64,000 nucleotides of DNA, from NCBI GenBank assembly GCA_020137815.1, contig CM035351.1:7440001-7504000 (forward strand), read 5' to 3'. Position numbers and translations under genes: made by a program. This document shows, piece by piece, positions 18,992 through 30,600 of this stretch. This stretch comes from Hormiphora californensis. Lineage: Eukaryota > Animalia > Ctenophora. How positions within the stretch are numbered: the stretch's first letter is position 1; each line of letters begins with the position of its first letter. The notes below the pieces were generated by a model, which saw only the letters and a list, made by a program, of their open reading frames with translations, had not been told where the DNA came from and did not search any database.

Positions 18992-20554
18992 ATGGCCACA
19001 CTACCCCCACCCAGTCCGAAGTCCCCCATCCCATTCTCCAATATCGCAAGTGAGGGGGTACTGATAAACAATAACGACATCGACCTTAAGCTCATCCAAG
19101 GATTGTCGGAACTGTCCCTAGCCCAGCTAGACAGACTGGTTGAACACCTCAACGTCGAATTATCCAGAAGAGTACCAGACTGCACCACAGCTGAGGATCC
19201 TAACCGGTATGTGGAGGTAGTCGAGGATTATGTGGGCGAAGATGACCTCAACTTGCTACATGGTGAGGTCATGGATTTAACAGAGAAAAACACTTGGGTA
19301 ACGTCCACAGGAATGCCCTATAGTTGGTTCAGTAAACGGGGACAACAGCTCGCTGAACATAAGTTGACCCCAGTCGCCCTTGAGGAATTCCCCGTTGTAG
19401 AGCGGATCATGAACACTATGAACACTATGCAAGGATGGAGACTAAATTCGTGTCTGGTCACAAGATACGACACGGGTGTCGGTGTGGGTTATCACAACGA
19501 TTTTGAGGTGACGATGGATAAGTCCTCCCCGATTGTTGTGTTAACTGTCGGAGCGCCGGGTAAAGTGGATTTCTTACCCTACAAAGCAGATGGAAGGACC
19601 ACGCCAGCTCTCACCCTGGAACTGATTGCTGGTTCCGCCTACGTCATGCACCCAGGATGTCAGGAGGTCCTGAAGCACCGGGCGGTCAAGAACGAGTCTA
19701 CTGAGAAGCGGTATGCTCTGTCCTTCAGAAGAGCAACCCCACAGCTCCCCTCAACAGATCTGGTACCACCACCACCACCACCTAGCCCACGGAGACTGCC
19801 CTCCCCACCATCGAGGGCAACAATAGGAGTCCAGCATTCCCCTCCTCCTCCTAATGGGGATGGTTACCAACCGGATCCTCCTCCTCCTCCCCCAGTGGCG
19901 AACGTGCCGGTACCCTCCGTTAGACCACCCCTACTTCCTACCCCTTCTGGAGTGGTCCCTTCTTTGAGACATGCCGTCAACCCTAGGAGCCCCACTACTC
20001 TGCTCTTGGGCACGAGCCTGTCCAAATGGGTACCTGAGATCCGGGGGCTTGAGAATATCTCTGTGTCGGGTGCAAGGATTGTGAAGCCCCATTCGAAATG
20101 GAAGGGTACTACAGCGTTTGAAGAGCTGTCCAGGTACCACCAGAGCCACCCTGAGGCACACTTTGAGAAGGTTGTTATCTGCTATGGTACGAACGATATT
20201 AGGTTTGATAAGAACTTCTGTGAGAACAGCGCAACGAAGAACCGACTCCAAGGGGCACTATGCCACCTAGTGAGGCAGATTAGACGGTTGTATGGGGACC
20301 CGGAGATAGTGATTACACATGTCCTTCCCCTGAGAGGAGACTTCTCATATACGGTCTCTAATGTTACCATGTACAACAAAATTGTAAATTGTGTGTCCCA
20401 ACTCATGAATTGCAGTTTTGTGAGTTGGATGGCTGATTTCCTAACGCGTGATTTGTTTTTCAACTCATCACTTTATTGTAGGGATGGTGTGCATTTGAAT
20501 AAATATGGTTACTCGGTCTTAACTGACCTGATTTATAACGAAGTTTTACGCTGA
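18992..20554 (+). CDS. LINE ORF1: AlkB-like 2OG-Fe(II) dioxygenase + Pro-rich linker + SGNH/GDSL esterase
   Basis: LNSCLVTRY...GYHND (HxD)...GSAYVM...LKHRA (H)...RYALSFR (RxxxxxR). SGNH blocks: LLLGTSL, SVSGA, CYGTND, DGVHLN. Confidence 0.88.
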   Translation: MATLPPPSPKSPIPFSNIASEGVLINNNDIDLKLIQGLSELSLAQLDRLVEHLNVELSRRVPDCTTAEDPNRYVEVVEDYVGEDDLNLLHGEVMDLTEKNTWVTSTGMPYSWFSKRGQQLAEHKLTPVALEEFPVVERIMNTMNTMQGWRLNSCLVTRYDTGVGVGYHNDFEVTMDKSSPIVVLTVGAPGKVDFLPYKADGRTTPALTLELIAGSAYVMHPGCQEVLKHRAVKNESTEKRYALSFRRATPQLPSTDLVPPPPPPSPRRLPSPPSRATIGVQHSPPPPNGDGYQPDPPPPPPVANVPVPSVRPPLLPTPSGVVPSLRHAVNPRSPTTLLLGTSLSKWVPEIRGLENISVSGARIVKPHSKWKGTTAFEELSRYHQSHPEAHFEKVVICYGTNDIRFDKNFCENSATKNRLQGALCHLVRQIRRLYGDPEIVITHVLPLRGDFSYTVSNVTMYNKIVNCVSQLMNCSFVSWMADFLTRDLFFNSSLYCRDGVHLNKYGYSVLTDLIYNEVLR

Positions 20555-20672
20555 TTGCTGATTTTGCTGCATTGATAATATATATGTTTGGGGGGAGAAG
20601 TTGTTTTATTACCCCAACCAACAGACCCTCCGTGAACCCTTAGTGCCGAAACCAAAATCCAAAACCCCCACA

Positions 20673-23600
20673 ATGATAAGTGCTGAACAGTACAGACAAA
20701 CTATTGGGAGGTTTGCAGGGGGGAGGGGTGGAAAAAGAAAAATGTTTACTAACAAAACCCTTGACCGACAGTACAGACAAACATCATCAATATCACCATT
20801 TCATTTGATTCTCTACCTAAGTTACAGTATACTAATACTTATTCTTTTAGGCTCTATGTCCAGATGTACTTCCTCTCTGTCCTGTAGAGAACTATGTATG
20901 GAAACAGGCCGAGAAGAAGTCGGTAAGAGTATCAACCAGCATTACATTTGGTATGCTAATTGTGTGTTAACCCTGGTGATATTCAAAAGTATGGGGAAAA
21001 TAGGGAACACCTGTTCCAAAATCATAGTTAGGTGTCGACTAGTCGTACTATTAATCTTTCTTTCGAGTCTAGCAAAAGCACTTATTGTTATCCACCAGCC
21101 CAGTATTGTAAATCCTGGGCCTACTGAACCAAAAACAAAAATTAGTGTGGTGTACTGCAACGTTAATGGTCTCATAAATATGCAATCAATTAGTGGTGAT
21201 CAGCCCCAGTTTCAAGTATCTAAACTCTCTGATCTCCGAGCATACTTGTTTACTTATGAGCCAGAAATTGTAGTATTAAATGAAACGTGGTTGAACAAGC
21301 ATGTCAATGATGGGGAATTAGTGTCCGATCAGTTCTATACAATATACAGAAAAGATAGAACTAAAAGGGACATGGAAATGTATGATAAAAAGGGTGGGGG
21401 AGGAGTTATGATTCTATGTAAGAATAACATGGGTATTGAAGTTGATCAGGTAAAGGACAAGGTAAATCTGCCTATTGTCACCATACTGCTCAAGTCAAAA
21501 AACCTGACCCCGATATGTATCTCAACATTCTACAGGTATGACTACTCGGGGTCAGATTGTCTTGAAGAAACTGAGCGGTACTACACACGCCTATCTAGAA
21601 AATATAAAAACCTAGCAATCATCGGGGATCTCAATCTAAGTTCGGTTAAAGATTGGGATGACCCAGTATCGAGCAATAGTATACACGAAGGCTTTGCTCA
21701 CCTTTTTACATCTCTGGGTATGAGTTCGTTAATAAACGCACCTACACACAGGGATGGAAATATATTAGATCTAATTCTCACAAATAATAGTTCGTGTTTT
21801 TCCAATGTATCGGTAGAAGAAAATTGTTTAGTCAAATCTGACCACTTCACTATTAAATGTGAGGTGCAAATCAAAAAGATAAGACCCAAGTTTAAGACGG
21901 CTAAAAAGTTTTCTTACAAGAAAGCTGATTGGGATGCGATTAATGAGGGACTGATTCGGTATGACTGGACTAAGGAATTCAAACACCTCAGGGCCGAGCA
22001 ATCTCTTCAGAAATTTAAATCAAAATTAGATATTACCCTAAGACACCATGTACCATTAGTTAATGTAAAAATAGGATCTCAACCACCCTGGTACGATGAT
22101 GAGTTGAGACAGTTAAAAAGGTCAATGGATAATTCTAGAAAAGCTTCTCTGAAGTTTCCAAATGATGTTTCCCTAAAAAATGTATTTACTTGTATGGAGG
22201 CAGAGTACAGAAAAGCGTCAAGGGAGAAAGAAACACACTTTCTAGAACTCTCCTCCATTGATGAGTCTGCCTCTACAGCTGCAATTTCCAAAAAGTTTTT
22301 TAAACATGTGAAATCAAAAACTAGCAGCACTAGAGTCCCTGATATAGTTCATTACGAGGATAACTCTGAAAAAAGTAGTCAACAAAAATGCAAAATGTTT
22401 AATGATTTTTTTTGTAAACAGTTCACACAAGCCAGTACGTATAGCACACCAATTGATTTTGATAGAAACCACGATAATGATTTTAACAACGAAACTTTTC
22501 ACTTTGATGAAGTTGTAGATATATTAAGAAAATTAGATGCATCCAAGGCCACTGGCCCAGATAATATAGACGGTATAGTTTTGAAAAAATGTCACAAATC
22601 ATTGGCATATCCACTAGTATTAATTTTTAACAAAGTTTTTGATGAAGGGTCTATTCCAACTGAGTGGAAAAATGCAAATGTTGTGCCAGTCCACAAAAAA
22701 GGAGATAAGTCTAATGTAGAGAATTATAGACCGATTTCTCTTACGTGTCTAATTATGAAGGTCTTCGAAAAGTTGGTTAGAGAGCGCCTGTATAGGGCTT
22801 GTCTGGAGAAAGTTACACCTCATCAGCATGGGTTCGTACCACTGAAGTCATGTACGACCCAACTGATCGAGTTTAACTGTGAGCTAGCAATAAATTTAAA
22901 CCAACACTTGCAAACAGATATTATATATTTTGATTTTCAAAAGGCTTTTGACAGCGTATCACACGATGTCATACTTGAAAAACTTAAAGTCCAGTATAAC
23001 ATAAACGGTAAAATGTTGCAATTTCTTAAAGCGTACTTATCTGGACGTCGACAGAGAGTAGCATTAGATGGTGAATTCTCGGAATGGTCTAATGTTAAGA
23101 GTGGAGTCCCTCAAGGATCCATCCTCGGTCCATTCCTTTTTGTTCTATTTATAAATGATATAGTTGAGGCCATTGGGGATGAAGGAGAAACCAATATAAA
23201 GCTATATGCAGATGATCTAAAAATCTGGAGGACGATTAAGAATGAAAATGATAGTCTCCAGCCTGATATTGATAGATTGATTGAGTGGAGTGTGAAAAAT
23301 AAAATGAAGTTCCACCCTAATAAATGTAAACTTCTTAGATGTACCTTGAAGCATAAGCCTGTTAACCTAAAATATTACTTAGGAAGTAGTGAGATTCAAC
23401 AATGTACAAATGAAACTGACCTGGGGGTGATCACCAATAGAAAATTATCGCCTCTAGAACACCAAAACATGATAATTTCTAAAACGTCTCAGAGGTTAGG
23501 CCTAGTCAAGAGAACTAGTGCTCTGGTTGATTCCCCTCTAAAGAGGAGAACACTTTATGTCAGTCTTGTTAGTTCGTTGTTTGAACACTGCAGCCAGATA

Positions 23601-24065
23601 TGGCGACCAGTTTCAGCCTCTAGTATTGAAAAGTTCGAAAAGCTCCAAAAACGTGCATTAAAATGGATAAATAATGAAATGGAGCTCAGCTATGATTGGA
23701 AAACGTATGTCAGTAAACTTAAACAAAGAAAGATTCTTCCTATTACCGAAAGGTTCCTTTATAATGACTTAAAACTGTTTCATAAGATATTCTACGGATC
23801 TTCATCCCTAAAACTTCCAATGTTCCTTCACAAATACATCCCTGACAGACACGACAGGCGTACAACTAGACAACAGACAAACCGGGACCAAACAGACATC
23901 ATTTGCACACATAACCCTAATATTGACGCTTTTAAACATAGTTATTTTTACCGTATCCATGTGGAATGGAATAACCTTCCGCATGACCTACGATGCCTAG
24001 ATTCTCATGATGCCTTTGTGGCCAAGCTCAAAGATTATCTCTGGAATAACATTCCAAATTCGTAA
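20673..24065 (+). CDS. LINE ORF2: hydrophobic leader ending in NPGP + APE endonuclease + reverse transcriptase
   Basis: First ATG at 20673 (MISAEQYRQTIGRF); YCNVNGL, LNETWL, IIGDLN, LDLILT, SDHF (APE); NYRPISLT, QHGF, DFQKAFDSV, GVPQGSILGP, LYADD (RT). Confidence 0.95.
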   Translation: MISAEQYRQTIGRFAGGRGGKRKMFTNKTLDRQYRQTSSISPFHLILYLSYSILILILLGSMSRCTSSLSCRELCMETGREEVGKSINQHYIWYANCVLTLVIFKSMGKIGNTCSKIIVRCRLVVLLIFLSSLAKALIVIHQPSIVNPGPTEPKTKISVVYCNVNGLINMQSISGDQPQFQVSKLSDLRAYLFTYEPEIVVLNETWLNKHVNDGELVSDQFYTIYRKDRTKRDMEMYDKKGGGGVMILCKNNMGIEVDQVKDKVNLPIVTILLKSKNLTPICISTFYRYDYSGSDCLEETERYYTRLSRKYKNLAIIGDLNLSSVKDWDDPVSSNSIHEGFAHLFTSLGMSSLINAPTHRDGNILDLILTNNSSCFSNVSVEENCLVKSDHFTIKCEVQIKKIRPKFKTAKKFSYKKADWDAINEGLIRYDWTKEFKHLRAEQSLQKFKSKLDITLRHHVPLVNVKIGSQPPWYDDELRQLKRSMDNSRKASLKFPNDVSLKNVFTCMEAEYRKASREKETHFLELSSIDESASTAAISKKFFKHVKSKTSSTRVPDIVHYEDNSEKSSQQKCKMFNDFFCKQFTQASTYSTPIDFDRNHDNDFNNETFHFDEVVDILRKLDASKATGPDNIDGIVLKKCHKSLAYPLVLIFNKVFDEGSIPTEWKNANVVPVHKKGDKSNVENYRPISLTCLIMKVFEKLVRERLYRACLEKVTPHQHGFVPLKSCTTQLIEFNCELAINLNQHLQTDIIYFDFQKAFDSVSHDVILEKLKVQYNINGKMLQFLKAYLSGRRQRVALDGEFSEWSNVKSGVPQGSILGPFLFVLFINDIVEAIGDEGETNIKLYADDLKIWRTIKNENDSLQPDIDRLIEWSVKNKMKFHPNKCKLLRCTLKHKPVNLKYYLGSSEIQQCTNETDLGVITNRKLSPLEHQNMIISKTSQRLGLVKRTSALVDSPLKRRTLYVSLVSSLFEHCSQIWRPVSASSIEKFEKLQKRALKWINNEMELSYDWKTYVSKLKQRKILPITERFLYNDLKLFHKIFYGSSSLKLPMFLHKYIPDRHDRRTTRQQTNRDQTDIICTHNPNIDAFKHSYFYRIHVEWNNLPHDLRCLDSHDAFVAKLKDYLWNNIPNS

Positions 24066-24502
24066 ATTCGCGGCTGTGCTATTGACTTCACCTACTTTCT
24101 AAACTTTAGATCAATCTCTCCTATCTCATGGACTTCAAATTATTTATTTCTTTGGTGTGGTGTTGAAGAGTTGAAACTATACAACAAGCAATCGCACAGT
24201 CGCGAATCTAATCACATAATTGATTACAAGACATTTACAAACAAGAATTTTGGGGGGTTGGCTAGGGAGGGGGAAATAATCAATATATTATCTATTATAG
24301 TAGCCATATTAGATTTTGTTTATTCTATTAAAAATATACTGTATTAGTCTGTTTGTCCGTAGTGTGTGAGAACTGTCTGTGTGTGAATTTTTAGAGTATT
24401 TTGAGGTGTAAGCGCTCCGTCGATATTGACACTCCGTCAATAGGAGCCAACCGGGATATTGTCTTTATAAATATATCGATTTTTATCCTTTTCCAAATCA
24501 AA

Positions 24503-25266
24503 TCAAGCTTGACCAGAGTCCACGGGTTCTGATGTCAAGGCGAGCCCCGTCTGCTGTGATGGTCCCAGCTGGAAGGGACGTCCCCCGAACGTTGAGAAGG
24601 TGAGGTTCGACCTTGGTATCGAGGCCGACAGTGCTAAGCTCTTTCGCAATAAAGTCTCTCACGTTGTCGTGCCTGTAGTTAACAAATCCTCCAAGCTTGC
24701 AGGAGATAGCATGATCGATACTGTTAGCTTCTCCGCATGTACACTGATCTGGTAGAGGTTCGCCAACAAGGGGGAGATTGTACCTAGCCGAGATAGCGTC
24801 GAACCATTCCTGTCGGTTTAGAGTGAAGTTAAGAGATTCAAGTGGGAGACAAGTTAGCCAGGAGGATGCACCCTTTTCGGCCAGGAGATCGAGGGTCCTC
24901 TTCTCTTCTGGTGTCGATTTTGATTTTATTTGATCGATTGCCGTCTGATGTTGATCGTTTTTCGTACGACGCACAATGAGTTTGTTCTCTGAGTTTTTGA
25001 CATCATCTGCAGTAAACGTATCTTCCTGGTTCAGCACAGCTGCAGACAGATTTTCAGTCATGAGTTTGGAGAAGTAGTACTCGCTATCCGATGTAGCGAC
25101 GGGGTTTTGAATCCCGAGTCCTCCAAATCTCGCTGGAAGAGAGAAAACTGATCGAAGTCTCTCGTTGATAACAGGTTGTCCAGTCATAGAAGTGATGAGT
25201 TGCTGCAGAATTGAATCCTCAATCGGGCCCAACTGATCAGAAATGCCTGGAGTCGTTCTCATAAAT
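24503..25266 (-). mobile_element. CRE-like non-LTR element, 5'-truncated upstream part (post-RT region, zinc knuckle, start of RLE)
   Basis: LPARFGGLGI, KGASSWLTCLP, CTCG...DHAISCKLGG, RHDNVRD, EPHL, GARLDIRTRGLW. Confidence 0.88.
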
Positions 25267-25322
25267 TAAAAAAAAGACAAATAAAATAAAAGGTACAAAC
25301 CGGAACGCGCGCCGATGCCAAA

Positions 25323-25466
25323 TAGTGGAAGCTCTTACGGTATTCCCACGGCCGTGGGAAAAGTGAGATAGTTAGAAATACTAAGAGAGAGAAATTTCTC
25401 TCTCTTAGTATTTCTATCTATCTCTCTTTTCCCACGGCCGTGGGAATACCGTAAGAGCTTCCACTA
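25323..25466. mobile_element. 144-bp near-perfect palindromic MITE bounded by TA
   Basis: TAGTGGAAGCTCTTACGGTATTCCCACGGCCGTGGG...CCCACGGCCGTGGGAATACCGTAAGAGCTTCCACTA. Confidence 0.85.
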
Positions 25467-26055
25467 AAAATGATCAAAAAATGTAATGCGCGAAAAAGAA
25501 ACCAATGTCGCGGCTTTTTCAACGACGCGCACTCTGAATTTCAATTTCGCGCTCCAAAATCGTGTCCTTTTTAATTTTTGAAAAGCGCTGCCAGCGGCGT
25601 TTGCCAATTTCGCGGCGGAGGCCGAAGCTGACCTTGGCATGCGCTGCAGACCCCAAGTGCGCGCGTTTTCCACGGCTTCTTTGAGGGCCTGTAGCATAGG
25701 CCAAAAGCTGACCGTGCGTCCACGCACAGATTTGTTTTCGGGTATAAAGAGGGAAAAATATTGTGATGCAAATCTTGCGATATCCCTGGCCCCGGACACA
25801 GTGACACGCTGGGCCGGGGCCCCAGCTCCGTTCCTGTGGCCTGTCCCCTGATTATTTTCCCAATTTCCTTCGTGGTTAGCGCCTAGCGGTTAAATCATAC
25901 ACTTTTTAGCCGATAATTTGGACAGTTTAGGTCACAATTCTTCCAATTCTCGGGCAATTCTCATGATCTTTGGTGCGATGGAAAGAGGGCGTCTTACTCT
26001 TTCGATAGACCCCCATCTCATTCAGTTTCATATTCCCTCTTTTAGGAATGATGTG

Positions 26056-27594
26056 ATGTCAATGTTTCTAATTCTCGCAATTGTTGGCATTGCCAACGCC
26101 CAATACCTTCACCTCCATGAGAATTTGAAGCGAGGCAAACATGGTGGACCACTCAAAATAACGAGAGACCCCCTACAATCGGCCACCAACCGTACACGAA
26201 ACAAGAGGTCCTGGGGAGATGAAACACATGACTCAACTGATCCTAACGACATCACTGTTATTGTCTTTAAACTTGCTAAAGACTCCCATAACGTGGCCTA
26301 TGTTGAATGGGGTGGGACGGACAATAATAGTCCCACCATTCTTGTACTTACCAGGGATTCATCCAGCCCACCGACGTATGTAATTTCATTAGTATCTATT
26401 ACCAAAAAGATACCAAACAATTAAATTGTGTCGGTTTGTTTTCTTTGTCAGTATGTAAATTGACTGTCTCTCGTTGCAGGGAGAGTACATTGTATGTGAG
26501 CACGAATTACGGGAAAAACTTTGACACCAAGGACCTGACTTACGGCGGGAAAAGTGTCATTTGTGATTTCATTTACCAAAGCACAGCCGATCATAAACTG
26601 GTATATTTCGGGTGGTACTGATATCTTTTTATTGTGTATTGGTAGCTGTTGATGTTTTGTACATCATCAGTCCTTTTTAGAACGAGTAGTAGCCCCTTAT
26701 TGATATCTCCATTCCTCAGATTCTTATGAATGACGAAGTTAACAAGTTAGTGTTAGTATCCACGGATGAAGGACAGAGTTGGACGATAGATAAAGTTGAA
26801 TTCACCCCTTCTCTTATTGATCATCACCCCACTAACCGAGATCTCATCCTATCATCTTGACCAACAGTCCGCCACTTTGTGGATATCCCAGGATGCTGGA
26901 ACCACCTGGAACCAAGTCCTCGCCGATAAGAAGATCTCTGGGGCCTACTGGTAATTCCTTCTGTGTCCCATTTGTCACTATAACATATTTCTTGGAGACC
27001 GCATTTTTCAAAGCTGATGCAGGATCCAAGGTCCCCTGCTTACACACTTCCTGTTCAACATGCCGCAACTTAAACAATGCTGCCAACCCCCCCCCCCCCT
27101 ACATCAGAAGGGGAAGATTTGTCACCTCTCTATAGCTATGTTTCTAATGCAGTTTATATGGCAAAAGTACCCAAAAGTAGCTATATATCATCAACTATCC
27201 CGGATAAGTTATCCGCGAATGGACCGCCATACTGTAACTATTTAGCCCCCCCCCTCCCTCTTAGCAACATCTCTCCCTATCTCTAGGTCCAATTCTAAGT
27301 ACGATACACCGAACACACTGTTCGTTGCATGAACACAATATAGACGGCACCCTGACGATTTACAAAAGTAGGGATCTCTTTGCAACTGATCCAGATAAAC
27401 CCTACGACTCCAATGTTTTACAGTTCGAAATAGTGGATGATTTTCTGTTTACTGTGAAAAAGGTAAATTGTCATATTATTATTTCTCAATTCCTCGCCAT
27501 GAGATATGATATATGGCGCATTATGTGTAGCTTTAGTGTGTGTAGCTTTCTTGTTGCTGTAGTGTTGGAGTGTTTGTTTTAGAGGGTTATGTGT

Positions 27595-27642
<48 letters not shown>

Positions 27643-30600
27643 ATAGTAACTTGTGTGTGGGAGAGAGAGAAGCTTAGGAAAACTTTCCGCAAAAGTTGTG
27701 TGTTTGTGTAACAAACATCTGTAGTACAGATTCTCTACTTTCATGTCATATAGTATATACATTGTACACACCACTGTACACACCACTGTATACACCACCG
27801 TACACACCATTGTACACACCATTGTAATGTGGATAGTCCACTGGATACTGCTGTATGTTCTGCAAACCACCATCATTTCATTTCGTTACCAGTACATTGG
27901 GGTTCAATGTTCATACATCTACAGCTGTATGCTGCTATTATACTTCAGTATATGGTAGCTAATCTCCTAGTTCATTGCTGTAGAGCTATCATCCCAGCTG
28001 TGTAGTGTGTCATGTGGGGTGCAAGAGAGAGATAGAGTAAGATAGAGCGGGGGTGCAGCATTTTCAACTATTGTTCTTTTGAAATCGAGATTGTGTGACG
28101 TGTGTAAATTTTTCGTAACAATGCATGGTGGTCTATAACACACAATAGACGTGCCATATTAGTATTTAGCTTGTGACTTGCTATTTTAGTAGCACCCAGC
28201 TTACTAACTCGTTCTCTTCTATTGGCTAGAAGTTTTGTGGGACTTGTCACCCATAAATTATGATAGCCCTCTCGTCTGTCTAATAATACGAATATGACAC
28301 TCCATTTCAGTCGACCCACGAGGACCACGGTGCCAATGACAGGGATCTGTTCATGTCGTATGACAGGGGTCATCCTTACAAGGCCCAGTTCGACCCCATT
28401 ACTGCTAAAAACCCGACTACTGTAAGTTGCTTTTACTTCCGATTTGAGAGCAACTACTGCATACTGAATATATCCCTACTGCTATCACATGCCCACCAGG
28501 GTATTAAAATTAGATTTTCACCCCTGCCCCCTCTTTTCTTTACCTGTTGACTCTCTATTGAGATAGTAGAAGCAATACTCTATCTTCCCACAATCTACGA
28601 CTCCTAACAATCCCCAACAACCCCAATATGTTTATTCCAGGAGTTTTTCATAGCCGATGCGGGGGAAGGCCAGGTATTTGTAGCAGTATCCCACTCCGAC
28701 AACTCAACCAATCTCTACATATCAGAACACAAGGGACAAAACATGGTCCTCTCTCTGGAGAGAGTCCTCTTTACCAACGCCGCCAGTTTCGAATCTGTCT
28801 CCTGGCTTAGGTAAGTGGTTATACATAATGTCTATTATATGAAGAGCGATAATTTGTGCATCATTTAATAAGACAGGGAGTGTGGGGCATGGTATTACAG
28901 GGGTAGGGAAGATGTATCTGACAGCCAATCGCATAATAAATCGCATAACAAATGTAGCACAGCTACACATGCCTCTCTCCATGAATGCTAGTGTGTATGT
29001 GATACCAGTTAACAGTGTCACTGTGCCATCTCAAATCTGTCTGAATGTCTGTCTGTAATCCGTGTATGTAACTGTATTTATGAATCTTTGTGTATAACAC
29101 TGTATATCACGCTGTTCATAGAGTCGCCATGCTGTTTGTGTTCATGGAGTCTTGCTGTTTAGTTGTCTGTTTAATAGTGTACACATGTTAATGGATCTAC
29201 ACACACTCAAATGTGTGGCTGCATAATGTGGTACTCGTCTTGTGGGAGGTACAGCACATATATTTATTAATGAAGGTGGAGGAAACCATTGCATAACCCC
29301 CCCCCCCTTCATTTCAGTGGTATAGAACCGTTTACAGACTTCCAGCCCGATAGAGGGGCTCCCCGGGGTGTTTATAGCATCCCAAGTGGATGTAGGGGCG
29401 GTGGGACACAGGAGGATTCACACCCTGATGACATATAACAAGGGTGGTACCTGGCAAAGGATCCAACCACCTCGATATGACATGTACGGGAGTCCCACGG
29501 AATGTTTCCTGGTGAGTGTCAGTAATGAATACAATCTATATAGTCTATACTCCCCCTTATTTCTCTCACCCACTCCCCAGTCATAAAGGGGAGGGGGAGT
29601 ATAATACTTGATCTTGATTATCTTTCAATAATCAATATATATTGATCTGTTCGGATGTTGCTGAGTTACAATATTGCTGTTACACACCGCACGTCTTCCT
29701 TGTGCAAGTGTACGTATCTCAAAGTCCATTTTGGGCTCACATTGGCAAATGTAAGAGAAAGGTTAATCTTTATAAAGGAGAATGGAGATTCAGGATGTAG
29801 AAAGAGAGAAAGGAGAGCTGTGAGAGGAATAGGAAAGAGAGATGAAAATGATTCCTTTGTGTGAGCAAAAACTCATTTACACCAAAGTCACATAGTAATT
29901 ATTATGCAATGCACGGGGCCCCAGTGCACGTCATCCAACTGCTACAAATCAATTGTATTCCTCTTTATTACCATCTTTAAGAACAGAAAATGTTGCTCTA
30001 TCTCTCAACTATCCCCATATATATTTCAGCCGGATTGTTCGCTCCATATCTCCCTTATTTTCGGGGTGAAGTTACCGTACGCTCAACACACACCCCTCCT
30101 AACAAAGGCTAACGCTCCCGGATTCATCATCGCATCAGGTACAATCATACAGTCAGACCCCGGGGTAACGGTAAATTGGGATCCAGTAAATCGGGGTCGG
30201 GGGTCCGACGGTATATGACTGTTATTACACCTGTGTTTAGTTAATAGGAGTAGTAGCACCTTCTTGCTAATCCCCCTGGTTATTGTCAGGTAATCTGGGT
30301 AGCTCCCACAGCACAAGGAACGATGTGTTCATGTCAAATGATGGTGGTGTTGAGTGGTTCCAGATCTTTGAAGGACAATACATGTTCCAGTTTGCAGATC
30401 ACGGAGGTATAGCTGTAGCTGCCCCTCGCAGCCCTACCAACCACATCATGTAAGTACTTCAGTAGAGGGTATCTTGTGTAATTTAGGGACCCTTCACCCT
30501 CCCTATGCATAGGAAGGGTGAAGGGTCCCAAAAGGACGGCATCACCCTCCCTATCCATAGGAAGGGTGAAGGGCATCACCCCCCCCCCCCCTATGATCTC

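Larger units (their letters stand above)
18904..24502 (+). mobile_element. Full-length two-ORF LINE (CR1/L2-group-like) inserted into the CRE-like element
   Basis: TCAAGCTT repeated at 18896-18903 and 24503-24510 (TSD or microhomology); (CAAAT)n tail; both ORFs intact; the flanks rejoin into the CRE RLE domain (GLWSSL...TYFDVR). Confidence 0.92.

Noticed and set aside
18892-19000. A true SL RNA gene (SL followed by GT, with hairpin GAGGTC-TAT-GACCTC)
   Set aside because: GTCTAT is a poor donor, no clear Sm site follows, the other copy continues with different sequence, and the SL sits exactly at an insertion junction. Not fully excluded.
18200-25266. CRE-like element targeting SL genes, as trypanosomatid CRE/SLACS elements do
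   Set aside because: The SL lies inside the CRE ORF at the boundary of the second element, not at the CRE flanks.
26850-29350. Two +1 frameshifts in VPS10 exons (~26855 and ~29347)
   Set aside because: The rest of the gene is intact with conserved splice sites; treated as sequencing indels pending a read check.
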